Part shown: one piece after another, positions 1 through 9,478 of the stretch
How the letters are laid out: the number at the start of each line of letters is the position of its first letter
How positions within the stretch are numbered: the first letter of the stretch is position 1
Source: Candidatus Poribacteria bacterium
GTDB lineage: Bacteria > Poribacteria > WGA-4E > WGA-3G
Length of the DNA: 64,000 nucleotides
Reading direction: 5' to 3'
NCBI GenBank assembly: GCA_964291315.2
Contig: OZ219753.1
Location: 2,464,001-2,528,000 of the forward strand
Program-made: the position numbers and the translations under genes
Notes under the pieces: model-generated
Seen by the model: the letters and a program-made list of their open reading frames with translations, nothing else
Databases searched by the model: none
What the model was told of the DNA's origin: nothing

Positions 1-760
1 GCAGATCCGAGAAGGCTTATCTCTAGACATACGCCTCTTTGAGCACCTCTGCTCGCTTATTCTTGGCGAAAAAATGAAAATCCGTAACGACGAAGTGGTG
101 ATTGAAAACCGAGCAGCACAGCAGCTCATTTACAAACCCCCAACCGGATACAGCACCCTTATCAGATTGCTAACCAATCTTGAACGATTCATTAATGATA
201 CGTCTGATAAATTCCAACCCCTTGTTAAAATGGCCGTAATGCACTACCAGTTTGAGGCGATACATCCCTTCGTGGATGGCAATGGACGAACAGGGCGTAT
301 ACTCAACGTCCTCTATTTGGTGTATCAAAAACTGCTTGATGCCCCAATCCTTTATCTTAGTCGTTTCTTCATCCAAAATCGGGATGAGTATTATCGCTAT
401 CTTCGTGACGTCACGGAAAATGGAGACTGGCAGCAGTGGATTCTCTATATCTTGGAAGCAGTAGAACAGACCTCGCGAGACACGGCAGACAAAATAGAGG
501 CAATTAATCGTCTTATCAATGAAGTCTCCATAAAAGCACGAGGCAAAACAAAAGCCGTTGAACGTGAAGGGTTTGTTGACCTACTTTTCAAGTGGCCCTA
601 TTGTAAAATCGGCATCGTCCAGAGAGAATTGGGGTGTACTCGCGTCACGGCCACAAGGTACTTGAACGAAACCGCAGCCCTTGGATTGCTGAGGCGTGTA
701 AAATTCGGGCGAGAATACTACTACATCAACAAGGATCTGATGCAGTTACTATCAGACTAA
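1..760 (+). CDS. Fic-family AMP-transferase with C-terminal HTH, 5'-truncated by the window edge
   Basis: Canonical Fic motif HPFVDGNGRTGR; HTH-like C-terminus (IVQRELGCTRVTATRYL). The frame is open from base 2 (QIREGLSLDIRLFEHLC...) into the ATG at 74, so the true start lies upstream of the window. Confidence 0.92.
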   Translation, partial: QIREGLSLDIRLFEHLCSLILGEKMKIRNDEVVIENRAAQQLIYKPPTGYSTLIRLLTNLERFINDTSDKFQPLVKMAVMHYQFEAIHPFVDGNGRTGRILNVLYLVYQKLLDAPILYLSRFFIQNRDEYYRYLRDVTENGDWQQWILYILEAVEQTSRDTADKIEAINRLINEVSIKARGKTKAVEREGFVDLLFKWPYCKIGIVQRELGCTRVTATRYLNETAALGLLRRVKFGREYYYINKDLMQLLSD

Positions 761-793
761 ACATTTAATGACAGCTGAGAAGCAGATCTGTGC

Positions 794-879
794 GGATATG
801 TATACAAACTATACATGTCAACCGGGATATGTATACAAATCTCGAAAAAGTATACATATCCCGTCTAAAATGTATAGAA
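794..879. repeat. Cluster of GTATAC-core boxes with a perfect 14-bp inverted repeat
   Basis: cgggatatgtatac (823-836) and gtatacatatcccg (850-863) are exact reverse complements; ggatatgtatacaaa is directly repeated at 794 and 825; lies between two convergent genes. Confidence 0.8.
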
Positions 880-912
880 ATTGCTCAAAGCCCCATCTCT
901 TAACTCTGCAGG

Positions 913-1815
913 TTATGCAAGCCCCCACTGTTTTTTTGCTTCCTCAAACGAAATCTTTTGGCTGCCCGTGTGAGACATAGGGTTTTTACCGATCCATCGT
1001 TCATCAATCGGGTCTGCTGCTGGTTGAAAACGGATGTCGCAGCTAATACGCCACTGGTCGGACAGGTTTTTCGTGGAGGCGTGCAACGTGTGCATTGTGA
1101 AGATAACGACATCCCCCATCTTGAAGTCGGCGGTCTTCCATTCGCCACCATACTTATCACTGATTTCCATTGGGTCGCGTCCGAAATGCCCGGGGGTACC
1201 GTCCCGATCTACGTCTGTTCTTCCATAGGTGTTCCGAATGGGTGCAAAACTCGAAAGATTGTGTGAACCCACAAGCACAGCCAGTGTACCCATAGTTGCA
1301 GGCACATCCCCGAAAGGAACCCAACACGTATGGAGCTGCTCCGATCCACGTCCCATATAGACGAAGTCGAAATGTGGACCTGACCAGACGGTGGGGCGGA
1401 TAAACCGCAGCCATTTATAATCGAAAGTTCGAGTATCGCCGCTGAAGAAGTTTCGGAAAAATTTGAAAAGTTCATCTCCCTCTAACACTGCAAGTACATC
1501 CGGGTGGTGTGTGATCGCAGGGGTGCCCATCGTCCGTCCGGGGCTCCCCGCACCGGCGAAAGCCTCCATGATGTCGGTGCCCGGCTTGAAAACCTCATCT
1601 TTTCCGTTTCCGGCGGCGTATTCAAGGATAGCACGCCTCGCAGCGATAACTTTTTCTTTTTCTATTAAACTCCGCACAAGCAGATAGCCATCCTCTGCTA
1701 TCTGGCGGTGCAAGTCTTTTGTTGAGTCAAGCACCTCATTGCAGTCCCGAAGTACACCGAGGTGTGGCCCGGGGAAGGTCAATTCATGGTCTCCTAAAAA
1801 GACAGTTTCTGCCAC
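913..1815 (-). CDS. Phytanoyl-CoA dioxygenase (PhyH) family Fe(II)/2OG oxygenase
   Basis: HxD (PHFD), distal His in TLHAS, and RISCDIRF. Confidence 0.88.
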   Translation of the reverse strand: MAETVFLGDHELTFPGPHLGVLRDCNEVLDSTKDLHRQIAEDGYLLVRSLIEKEKVIAARRAILEYAAGNGKDEVFKPGTDIMEAFAGAGSPGRTMGTPAITHHPDVLAVLEGDELFKFFRNFFSGDTRTFDYKWLRFIRPTVWSGPHFDFVYMGRGSEQLHTCWVPFGDVPATMGTLAVLVGSHNLSSFAPIRNTYGRTDVDRDGTPGHFGRDPMEISDKYGGEWKTADFKMGDVVIFTMHTLHASTKNLSDQWRISCDIRFQPAADPIDERWIGKNPMSHTGSQKISFEEAKKQWGLA

Positions 1816-1857
1816 TGTTTGCCTCCAAATCGTGTGATTAAGCCATAGTTTATCTTC

Positions 1858-2484
1858 TTAGATTACAGAAGGTTGAATCCGTTGTACGCCAAGTTGAAAG
1901 AGAGCAGCATTTGCTGAGCTATCAAAGGTGAAAACTGGTTTGCCCGACCTCACTACCCTCTTTGCAAATTCCAACGTCTTACTGTCTTCAGCTGCATGGG
2001 CAATACAGATTTTATCAGCAAGCGCAGCAACGAAAACGTTCCGCTGCCTTGCAAGTGCCGCAGTGGATCGTTTATATTCACTCCCGAAACTAGATAGAAT
2101 TAAGAACCGAGATTCCGATAACGCGGATTGCCACGCAGGTTTCAGCCGCATATTTTCAATGCCCCGCGCAGGACAGAGAAGAATCGGTTGTGAACCGCGC
2201 AATAGGACACGTAGACATTCTTGCTCAACCGGCGAGTGATACCCGCCAATCGTCGGCACCCCTATTTCCTTGAAATTTTGCGCCAAGTCGTGTGTTTTCA
2301 GGATGATCTCACCAGAACATTTGCTGGAGCAGAAAAGTGCCCAAAGATTGCCGTTCAAGGCGGTGTTCGGTCCTGGGAATAAATTCATATTTCCGCGCAC
2401 CCAGATAGTTTCCGGGGCATCTGTCTTTAAATAATTCTTCACCCCTTCTGGATAATTCACGTCTGTTTGTGTGATGCGTTGCAT
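1858..2484 (-). CDS. Short DprA/Smf-like (SLOG Rossmann-fold) protein
   Basis: APETIWVRGN, ALFCSSKC, IGGYHSPVEQECL, RNVFVAALAD, NAALFQLG; lacks the SAM and wHTH extensions of full-length DprA. Confidence 0.8.
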   Translation of the reverse strand: MQRITQTDVNYPEGVKNYLKTDAPETIWVRGNMNLFPGPNTALNGNLWALFCSSKCSGEIILKTHDLAQNFKEIGVPTIGGYHSPVEQECLRVLLRGSQPILLCPARGIENMRLKPAWQSALSESRFLILSSFGSEYKRSTAALARQRNVFVAALADKICIAHAAEDSKTLEFAKRVVRSGKPVFTFDSSANAALFQLGVQRIQPSVI

Positions 2485-2824
2485 TGATCGCGTCCCTTCC
2501 TATTTATGCCCGCATTTATTGTAGATATTCGGCTGCCCTATCCGAAGTTGTAATATTTTAACAAATCTCGGCAATTCGTGCAAGCGGAACGTGTACCCAA
2601 TCGCTTAGCTAGTTCCAGCGCAGGGATTTGTGTATCGGTAAGATAAAAGTTTCTTTAAAGGAGGTTGTTCAGTTTTCAGGTTTTTCCCAAAAACGAAATG
2701 ATAGAGCTGAGCACCCCTCTCCTTTAAAAAATGTTGTTGACCCGACGATGAATAACTGCTAAAATCATGCTATTCTGGATTTACATCCAACAATTTGATT
2801 CAACAAAATATTGGGGGGCGACCT

Positions 2825-3697
2825 ATGAAGGAATATTTGAAGATTCAGAAACCTGAGCTTGATTATACCTACGAGTTTGGGACCGATCAGCTGTCTCTCA
2901 TGTCCGAATGTCTAGAGGCACACGGATTTGCAATTATCAAAGATGTTCTACCTCCAGAGTTAGTCGATAGCGTAAAGCAGGCAGTCTTTGAGGGTACAGA
3001 TCCGAATCTAGACCTAAAGCATGGAGAAAGCCGGACCCGACATGCTTGGATTGAGTCTGGGCCGGGGGCGTGGCAACTCTTGGAGTACCAGCCCTTCATG
3101 AAAATACATCACCATCTGATTGGAGCAGAAACCCTGACGCTACACCGCTCTGCCGCTATTATCCGGATGCCCGGGTCGCGGCCCGTTGCATGGCACACAG
3201 ATTGGTGCGGGTTTTCGTCAGGTACACCTAAGAATTCAGGCGATGTACTCAACCGCGGCCCCTGGCCATCAGGGAAATGGTTCTATCTGACAGGCTCCCG
3301 CCCGGAACACGGAGGGTTGTGTGTGATTGCAGACTCTCATGTGGAAAATTGGGAGGGGCCTGAAGGTTTTAACATGACAGCAGATAGACGCTCTTTTTAC
3401 AAGAAAGGCGAAGAAGAGAAGGCTTATATCGACTTCGATATTCCGGACATCGTGCCGCTGTTCACGAATCCAGGCGATATGATTGTGTTTGCACACCGGA
3501 CGTATCACGGCGCATTCCCTAACCAAAGTAATGAGATTCGATTGTCATGCGCTATCGGTTTCCGGAGCCGGGACCACTACATCGATATTCCGTGGGAGAT
3601 CCCAAATGAGGGGAAGCAGTTTTTAGGAGATTTACCGCCACATTTACATGCATACACCCACGGTTACACCAGTATTGATTTGGCATGGCAGGGATAG
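2825..3697 (+). CDS. PhyH-family dioxygenase
   Basis: WHTD, PGDMIVFAHRTYHGAFPN, RLS; ATG at 2825 is preceded by a G-rich RBS. Confidence 0.85.
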   Translation: MKEYLKIQKPELDYTYEFGTDQLSLMSECLEAHGFAIIKDVLPPELVDSVKQAVFEGTDPNLDLKHGESRTRHAWIESGPGAWQLLEYQPFMKIHHHLIGAETLTLHRSAAIIRMPGSRPVAWHTDWCGFSSGTPKNSGDVLNRGPWPSGKWFYLTGSRPEHGGLCVIADSHVENWEGPEGFNMTADRRSFYKKGEEEKAYIDFDIPDIVPLFTNPGDMIVFAHRTYHGAFPNQSNEIRLSCAIGFRSRDHYIDIPWEIPNEGKQFLGDLPPHLHAYTHGYTSIDLAWQG

Positions 3698-3749
3698 ATT
3701 TTTCTATTTTGTTAGATAAACGTAAAGTTTCCGATTCAAATCTTTTTTC

Positions 3750-5072
3750 TCAAAGTGCCTCCTTTTTGACGAAGCCAATGCTGTCCACTGCATCGAGATA
3801 GTGGCTCTGTGTTTTGAGATCAACCTCATCAAAGTCTTCGGGCCAGTCCCCATAGGCTCCTGTCTCGTCTACGTCGGCACTAGCAACTTCGGTTATACCC
3901 TCTTCACGCCGAGTAAACCAATGCAATTTGACTAACTCCGGTGGGAGGTTTCCTTCAGCAACAAGCGTCTGAATTCCTAAAAGTAGGAGTGAGCTGTGTG
4001 TTTCGGCAACGATGCGTACGCCTCGTTTCGCTGCGTCTGCAAGCACTCTTGCCAAAGCAACCTGCGCGCGCGGGTGGAGATGCAGCTCGGGTTGTTCGAG
4101 ATAAACTAACTGCCCCGGCTCCGCAACAATCAAAGCAACCAAAACAGGTAGAACTTGTGACACCCCAAATCCTACGTCTGCGATGTTGACCATATCCATG
4201 TTGTTAGTGTTAGCGTGGTAAAGACGACTCACTTGAAGTTCTATGCGGACATCGTCAATTGTTTTGGTACCGACTTTTTCTGTTAGCCCCAGGATATGCA
4301 GTGCTTCGGTTAATGTTTGCAGGCGCCCATCTTTTTTGAGCTGCCATTCGTGAATAAGACTTGCGGTGTAGTATTCAAAAGTCCCGTAATACCATGGCCC
4401 GGTGCTGGTTCGTTTGTAGGTACGTTCTGGATTGCCACGTAAACCGGGAAGATGAAGGCTTTGAAGAATCTGATATCCAGTATTCACTCTAATGGGAGTG
4501 ATTAAACCGATAAACTGATCGTCTCTACGCTTGTCTTGGATTTGCTGTTCAAAATCTAGAAAACAACGTAACTGTCGCACGACATCAAATCCCTCAGGGA
4601 TCCAGTCTTCCTCAACCATTCGCTTGATTTCTTCAGGCTGCATCTTAGGGGACACAGTGGTTACCTTAGTAGCATCTGGGGTGTCCTTGAATTTTACCTC
4701 CATTTTGACAAGCTCAAGCCCGCCCGAGCTTTTACTGAAGGTTATCCCCACTGCGTGAGAAAAATTAGGAGCCACCGCTTCAATCTGAATCCGAAAGCCG
4801 TCTGTTTTCTGCCCGTTTGTTAGCTTAGACAGAAATTGTTCTGCCAACGTAAACTGAACATTTGGTCCATCAATTAACAGAGGACCTGGATCGTAGGGTG
4901 CCTCCAGCGTCTGTTTTAGCATCAGCAACGGTTGCATAATGCTGGATTTGCCAGAACTGTTCGCACCCGCAAGGATCGTCAACGGTCGAATGTCAATTTC
5001 ACACTCCTCCACTATCGACTTGAAACCTTTAACGGCTATCTTGGTGATGCTTTCTATCGTTTGTTCAGGCAT
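3750..5072 (-). CDS. ABC/AAA-type ATPase (AAA_21 / DUF3696-like, defence-associated)
   Basis: GFKS start, Walker A GANSSGKS, signature DVGFGVSQVLP, Walker B YLEQPELHLHP, ETHS; no transmembrane segments. Confidence 0.88.
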   Translation of the reverse strand: MPEQTIESITKIAVKGFKSIVEECEIDIRPLTILAGANSSGKSSIMQPLLMLKQTLEAPYDPGPLLIDGPNVQFTLAEQFLSKLTNGQKTDGFRIQIEAVAPNFSHAVGITFSKSSGGLELVKMEVKFKDTPDATKVTTVSPKMQPEEIKRMVEEDWIPEGFDVVRQLRCFLDFEQQIQDKRRDDQFIGLITPIRVNTGYQILQSLHLPGLRGNPERTYKRTSTGPWYYGTFEYYTASLIHEWQLKKDGRLQTLTEALHILGLTEKVGTKTIDDVRIELQVSRLYHANTNNMDMVNIADVGFGVSQVLPVLVALIVAEPGQLVYLEQPELHLHPRAQVALARVLADAAKRGVRIVAETHSSLLLLGIQTLVAEGNLPPELVKLHWFTRREEGITEVASADVDETGAYGDWPEDFDEVDLKTQSHYLDAVDSIGFVKKEAL

Positions 5073-5136
5073 ATAAGTACCTACCTCTTGTGTTCGGTGA
5101 GTTAATTGTCTGAAGGATTCGTATAAAATTTAATAT

Positions 5137-5325
5137 CTATTCTTCCCACGGATTTTCAACGGGTATCGGTTTACCTGGTTCTTCGTATGTTAACTTCACT
5201 CGTATAGTACCTGATTCGAGCGGAGGCGGAGTGAATATAACAGCATCCAAGTTAAGAATGTCTTCTTCTTCATAGAAAGGAAAAGGGGATAGTTTCTTTC
5301 GTGTATCCGTCAATTCTTGTGTCAT
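5137..5325 (-). CDS. Small hypothetical protein (~62 aa)
   Basis: ORF between the MTase and the ATPase on the same strand; GGAGG upstream of the ATG at 5325. Confidence 0.5.
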   Translation of the reverse strand: MTQELTDTRKKLSPFPFYEEEDILNLDAVIFTPPPLESGTIRVKLTYEEPGKPIPVENPWEE

Positions 5326-5366
5326 TATAGACTCAATATCCTCCAATGTTTGTTCAATTCAATACA

Positions 5367-8300
5367 TCAATCTCTCAAACCCATCCGATATTTGATGTCG
5401 TAGTTGATGATGAAATCTAATTCCTCGTCCGTGAAGCCGTAGTGTTTTGCGAGCACGCGGTCTATTTCGTCTATGATGTGCTTGGAATGCCGCGGAAAGG
5501 TTGCTTGTATCGTCAGTTTACCATAGTTTAACATGCGCGAATTGTTGCCAATGTCTACCATTAGTTCTTCAGCAAAAGCAGCCAATTGGGTTAGGCACTG
5601 TTCATCTGAAAGGTCAAACCGAGTCATCCAAATTTCTCGCCTATTTAAGTTCCTACAATCAGAATGAATTGTAGTAAGCCAGAAAAATAATGACGAATTC
5701 AAGAAACCTAGAATAGCATTGGCTGTGTTTTCGTTCTCAAACCATATTTCCTTTAGTTCTGAAGGATTTCGCCTATTACCTAACGAATCATAAATTAATG
5801 GAATGAAATTAAGTACTTGAACGAAATGACTAAGTTTTCTTGTGTAGTAAATGGCAAAACGTCTAGATATCAAAGAATAACGGGTAAATATTAAAGGTTT
5901 TCTACGAAATTTATCTAGTATCGATTTTTCAACATTATTTCCAAGCTTAGCTATGCTTAATTGAGAATCTACTTCGGCTGAATCAACAAACGCTAAGTTT
6001 TGAAAAAGAACATCACCTTCTTGTGGCCACCATTTGTTATATTTTGTAGTGAATGTTCCCTGTATATTTGCACCTTTATTTAATAAAATTATCGAGAGTC
6101 GACTGTGAGATATACCTTTAAACAGGTTGCCTGAATTATCTCCGTAACTGCTTATCGTAAGCTCACCAGCGGAGGTCAACAAATTACGCAAGGGGGCAAA
6201 ACCGTTTGTGCAAACTGCTGCTGCTGGAACAATAAATCCGATATATCCGCCAGATAACAAGTTAAGAGAGAGTTCCCAGGACATTGCGTATAAATTGCCG
6301 CACGTTTCGGTTTCGTATCCTTTTACTGTGTAATCCTTTTTGACTTTGCTATATTCTATGTAGGGCGGGTTTCCGATAATGACATCAAAGCCGCAGTCTT
6401 TGAGTATGCCGTAGAAAGCGATGAACCAGTGGAAGGGCTTATGCGTGTCAAGCCATTTGTGGTAATCTGTGATTACCCCCCCCCACTTATATTATGTGAA
6501 GTGTTCACGCCATACTCACCCGCAAGGTAAACGTTCAACTCATCTTCTAAGACACCCAGTCTCTCCCGCAATGCCTGCTTATCCGCACGCGTCACGACCC
6601 CGCCTAACGCCGTCTGTTGCCTGCGGAACGCTTGGAACAACGCATCCACATCCTCCGCCTTCTCCCGAAGCCGCCGCATCGTGTCGTCAAAGTCCAGCTT
6701 GCCCGTCACCGCTCGCTCTACCGCATCATACGTTGAGAACCCGACGAGACTATTCCCCGCCTGAATGTTGAAGTCGATGTCTGGCAACGGCTCTATCTGT
6801 CGCACATCTTCAATCTGTGAGACCATCTTCAGGAAGAGCCGGAGCTTACAGATTTCAACTGCCTCCGCCATGATGTCCACACCGTAGAGGTTGTTTATCA
6901 CAATAGACTTGAGAATAAAATAGGCTCTGTTCGGATGCTGCTCTATACGCTTAAGCGTCTCTCGGAAGTCAGCATAGCGCCGGCCACCTGTTCCAGGGCG
7001 TGCGTCAGCGTCGTCGAGGAAGGCTTGCATTCGGTCGAGACACGCCTCATAGAGCGGCACGAGGATATTCACAGCAGCGAAGAGGAACGCCCCCGAGCCA
7101 CACGTCGGATCCAGGATGCTGATGTGTCTGATCGCCTGCCAAAACGCACGCAGCAGCTCGGGGCCCTCACATCCCGCGATTACGTCCTGTGCGAACTGAC
7201 GGACGTCTAGATTGTAGGTAATCAGATCGTTGATGCTCCCGACGTCTCCGTTCACCAGCTTCGCACGCAGCGTCTCGTAGCGTTGTCGTCTCGCAACGAC
7301 TTCCCGCCATATCTCTGTCGGCAAGGCATACTCGGAAGGCGCAACGGTGTTCCAATCCGTGCGCTTAGAGACATCCGCAACCCCCGCAGCGATGTGGGGT
7401 GGCAACTCTAATTCAGCACCTTTGCTCACAGCAGCGTAGATATAGCGCTCCGGGGCATCTCGCAGCAATTGCCACACCGCACCACCCGCCGCAAACGCTA
7501 TCTCACACGACCGACGCGCCGCATCAAAGAGAAACGGAATAATCGTGTTTTTGCTGATATACTCGGTGATGTCTTCCTTCGTATAATAAGCACCCATCTG
7601 CTTCTGATTGATGTATTTCTCAAAGATATATCCCAGCACATCCGGGTTGATCTCCGTGTCGTTTTTCAACGGGCGATCGTCCAAATGCCACTGATACGCA
7701 TCAAAGAAGCCGAAGAGCTGCTCAAACGCCGCATCCGGGATCTCAATACGCTCCCCGTGATGCGTCTCTATGGCGTGCTGCTCAAAGATACCGCCGTTGA
7801 GATACGGCACATCCCCGAGGAGCCCGACCACAGCTCTGCTCCGCTCTGCCTCCGGCTTTGCGAACCCTTCAAAGAACAGCGGACAGAGAAACGCTCTATA
7901 GTACCGGTCGCTGCCTTGCTTTTGCGTCTCCGTCAACGTGTGCCGCAGATAGTCTGGGTCATTGTTGAGAAACCCCTTTTTCTGAATGAAGTAGATGAAC
8001 ATCAGCCGATTCAGCAGGATAGAGACATATGCGCGCTGCACCTCGGCGTCCGGGATGCCCGTGAGGAACGATAAGAACGCCGTCTGCTCTCGCTTGAAGC
8101 GATCGTAAAACCGCTTGGTCACCCGCTCCGCATAGAACGCACTCCCGACACGCCCTGTCACGTCAGAGAGCGTCAGTTCGGCTTCTTCGTCAAGACTGAA
8201 GGCGATCGGCTCTAACTTTTGTATCAGCGACTCCCCCGATTGTGCCGTGTGATACCGGTGTTCTCGGCAGGCATCCGGCTTGCCCGGCTCTCGTCTGACC

Positions 8301-8608
8301 CACTGCCAGAGATGCGTTGTCCTCTCGGCATCCGTGTAGATGATAATATGCTCATGCGCAGAGCGAGCAACTTGCTGCTGGATCTTCCGGCGCATCGCAT
8401 AACTCGGGAGTTGTCCGGCCGTGTCTGTTGCGTGGCATTCAAAGACGAGCATGCCGCGTTTCTCTGCGACTGCGGAGAGGTGCCACTCGGTGGTGTCTAC
8501 GCTGATATTTAGTGTCTGTGTGTAGTGTTCCCACCCGAGTGCTTGGGTGAAGAGGGTGCTAAAGTTAGCCGCTCTGAGATAGTCAAGTATCTGTTCTCGA
8601 TGAAGCAT
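5367..8608 (-). CDS. Eco57I-like (type IIG-like) DNA adenine methyltransferase, frameshifted at a G9 tract (OFF state or pseudogene)
   Basis: The 5' ORF has LGYIFEKYIN, GAYYT and DPTCGSGAFL (motif I) and ends AGT GGG GGG GGG TAA. The shifted frame after the tract reads VITDYHKWLDTHKPFHWFIAFYGILKDCGFDVIIGNPPYIEY and joins ORF 5367..6284, ending IDEIDRVLAKHYGFTDEELDFIINYDIKYRMG. RBS AGGAGA precedes the ATG at 8608. Confidence 0.9.
6476..6484 (-). repeat. Poly-G (G9) homopolymer at the frameshift site
   Basis: Plus strand reads gatta-ccccccccc-acttat (9 C). Confidence 0.95.
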
Positions 8609-8638
8609 AGACGTTCTCCTATTCATTCGTTTTCACAC

Positions 8639-8667
8639 ATTATACACGATAACGAGATGGCTTTCAA
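8639..8667 (-). promoter_or_regulatory. Sigma70-like promoter of the MTase gene
   Basis: TTGAAA-N17-TATAAT on the minus strand, ~30 bp upstream of the ATG. Confidence 0.6.
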
Positions 8668-8868
8668 CACTGTTTTGTAGTATAGCCTGCTTGGTTGTGA
8701 GATGAGACCGACTGCCTTTTTCTTTTATCTGCTCTGTTTTTGCTAAACAGAGATATTTCTTGATAACTTTTACATGACACATTTTTTTTTCTGTGGTAAT
8801 ATATACGCTAATAGATCTCGTACCTCTTCACAGTGCACAAATTATATAACAATATTGGAGATAGGAAT

Positions 8869-9081
8869 ATGCTTGGCCTTGGTCCGTGGGAATTAGCGAT
8901 TGTGCTGGTTCTTGTGTTACTCGTATTTGGTGGGAAACGTCTGCCTGAATTAGCGCGTGGACTCGGTAAAAGTGTCACAAACTTCAAGGCGGGACTCAAT
9001 GAAGAACGCACAGAGGAAACCAAAACTGCGACACAAACGCAACAGGAGAATGGAATACCGCCAAAGGAAAAAAATGGATAA
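8869..9081 (+). CDS. tatA: Twin-arginine translocase subunit TatA/E
   Basis: MLGLGPWELAIVLVLVLLVFGGKRLPELARGLGKSVTNFK signature. Confidence 0.95.
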   Translation: MLGLGPWELAIVLVLVLLVFGGKRLPELARGLGKSVTNFKAGLNEERTEETKTATQTQQENGIPPKEKNG

Positions 9082-9156
9082 AAACGCCCTGGGTCCCGCA
9101 TCAATTGATACCGGATGATGATCCCTAGGAGGGATTTCCGAATCCTGTAATTAACA

Positions 9157-9477
9157 ATGAAAGATAAATTACCCGATTTTCTTCAGAATGTCATTGAGGA
9201 ATACCCGGAAGTTTGGGGGGCCTATCAAGCATTAGGTGAAGCGTGTAGTGCTGCCGGCCCCCTTGACCCAAAGACGACGAGACTCGTCAAACTCGCGCTG
9301 GCGATCGGGGCGAAGTCTGAGGGGGCCGTACATTCGCATACCCGCCGTGCGCTCCGAGAAGGTATTGCCCGGGAAGAGATACAACAAGTTGCACTCCTAG
9401 CAGTAACTTCTATTGGTTGGTCCGCGAGCATGGCTGCCTTGTCTTGGGTTCAAGATATTGTAGATAAAACGTCTTAG
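9157..9477 (+). CDS. Carboxymuconolactone decarboxylase / AhpD-like protein
   Basis: GPLDPKTTRLVKLALAIGAKSEGAVHSHTRRAL...EEI. Confidence 0.88.
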   Translation: MKDKLPDFLQNVIEEYPEVWGAYQALGEACSAAGPLDPKTTRLVKLALAIGAKSEGAVHSHTRRALREGIAREEIQQVALLAVTSIGWSASMAALSWVQDIVDKTS

Positions 9478-9478
9478 C

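Noticed and set aside
768-980. 70-aa ORF after fic
   Set aside because: It runs through the repeat array and overlaps the convergent PhyH gene; no protein features.
5367-6284. Independent 305-aa gene as called in the ORF track
   Set aside because: Its frame stays open upstream through NPPY to the G-tract; it is the 3' half of the MTase.
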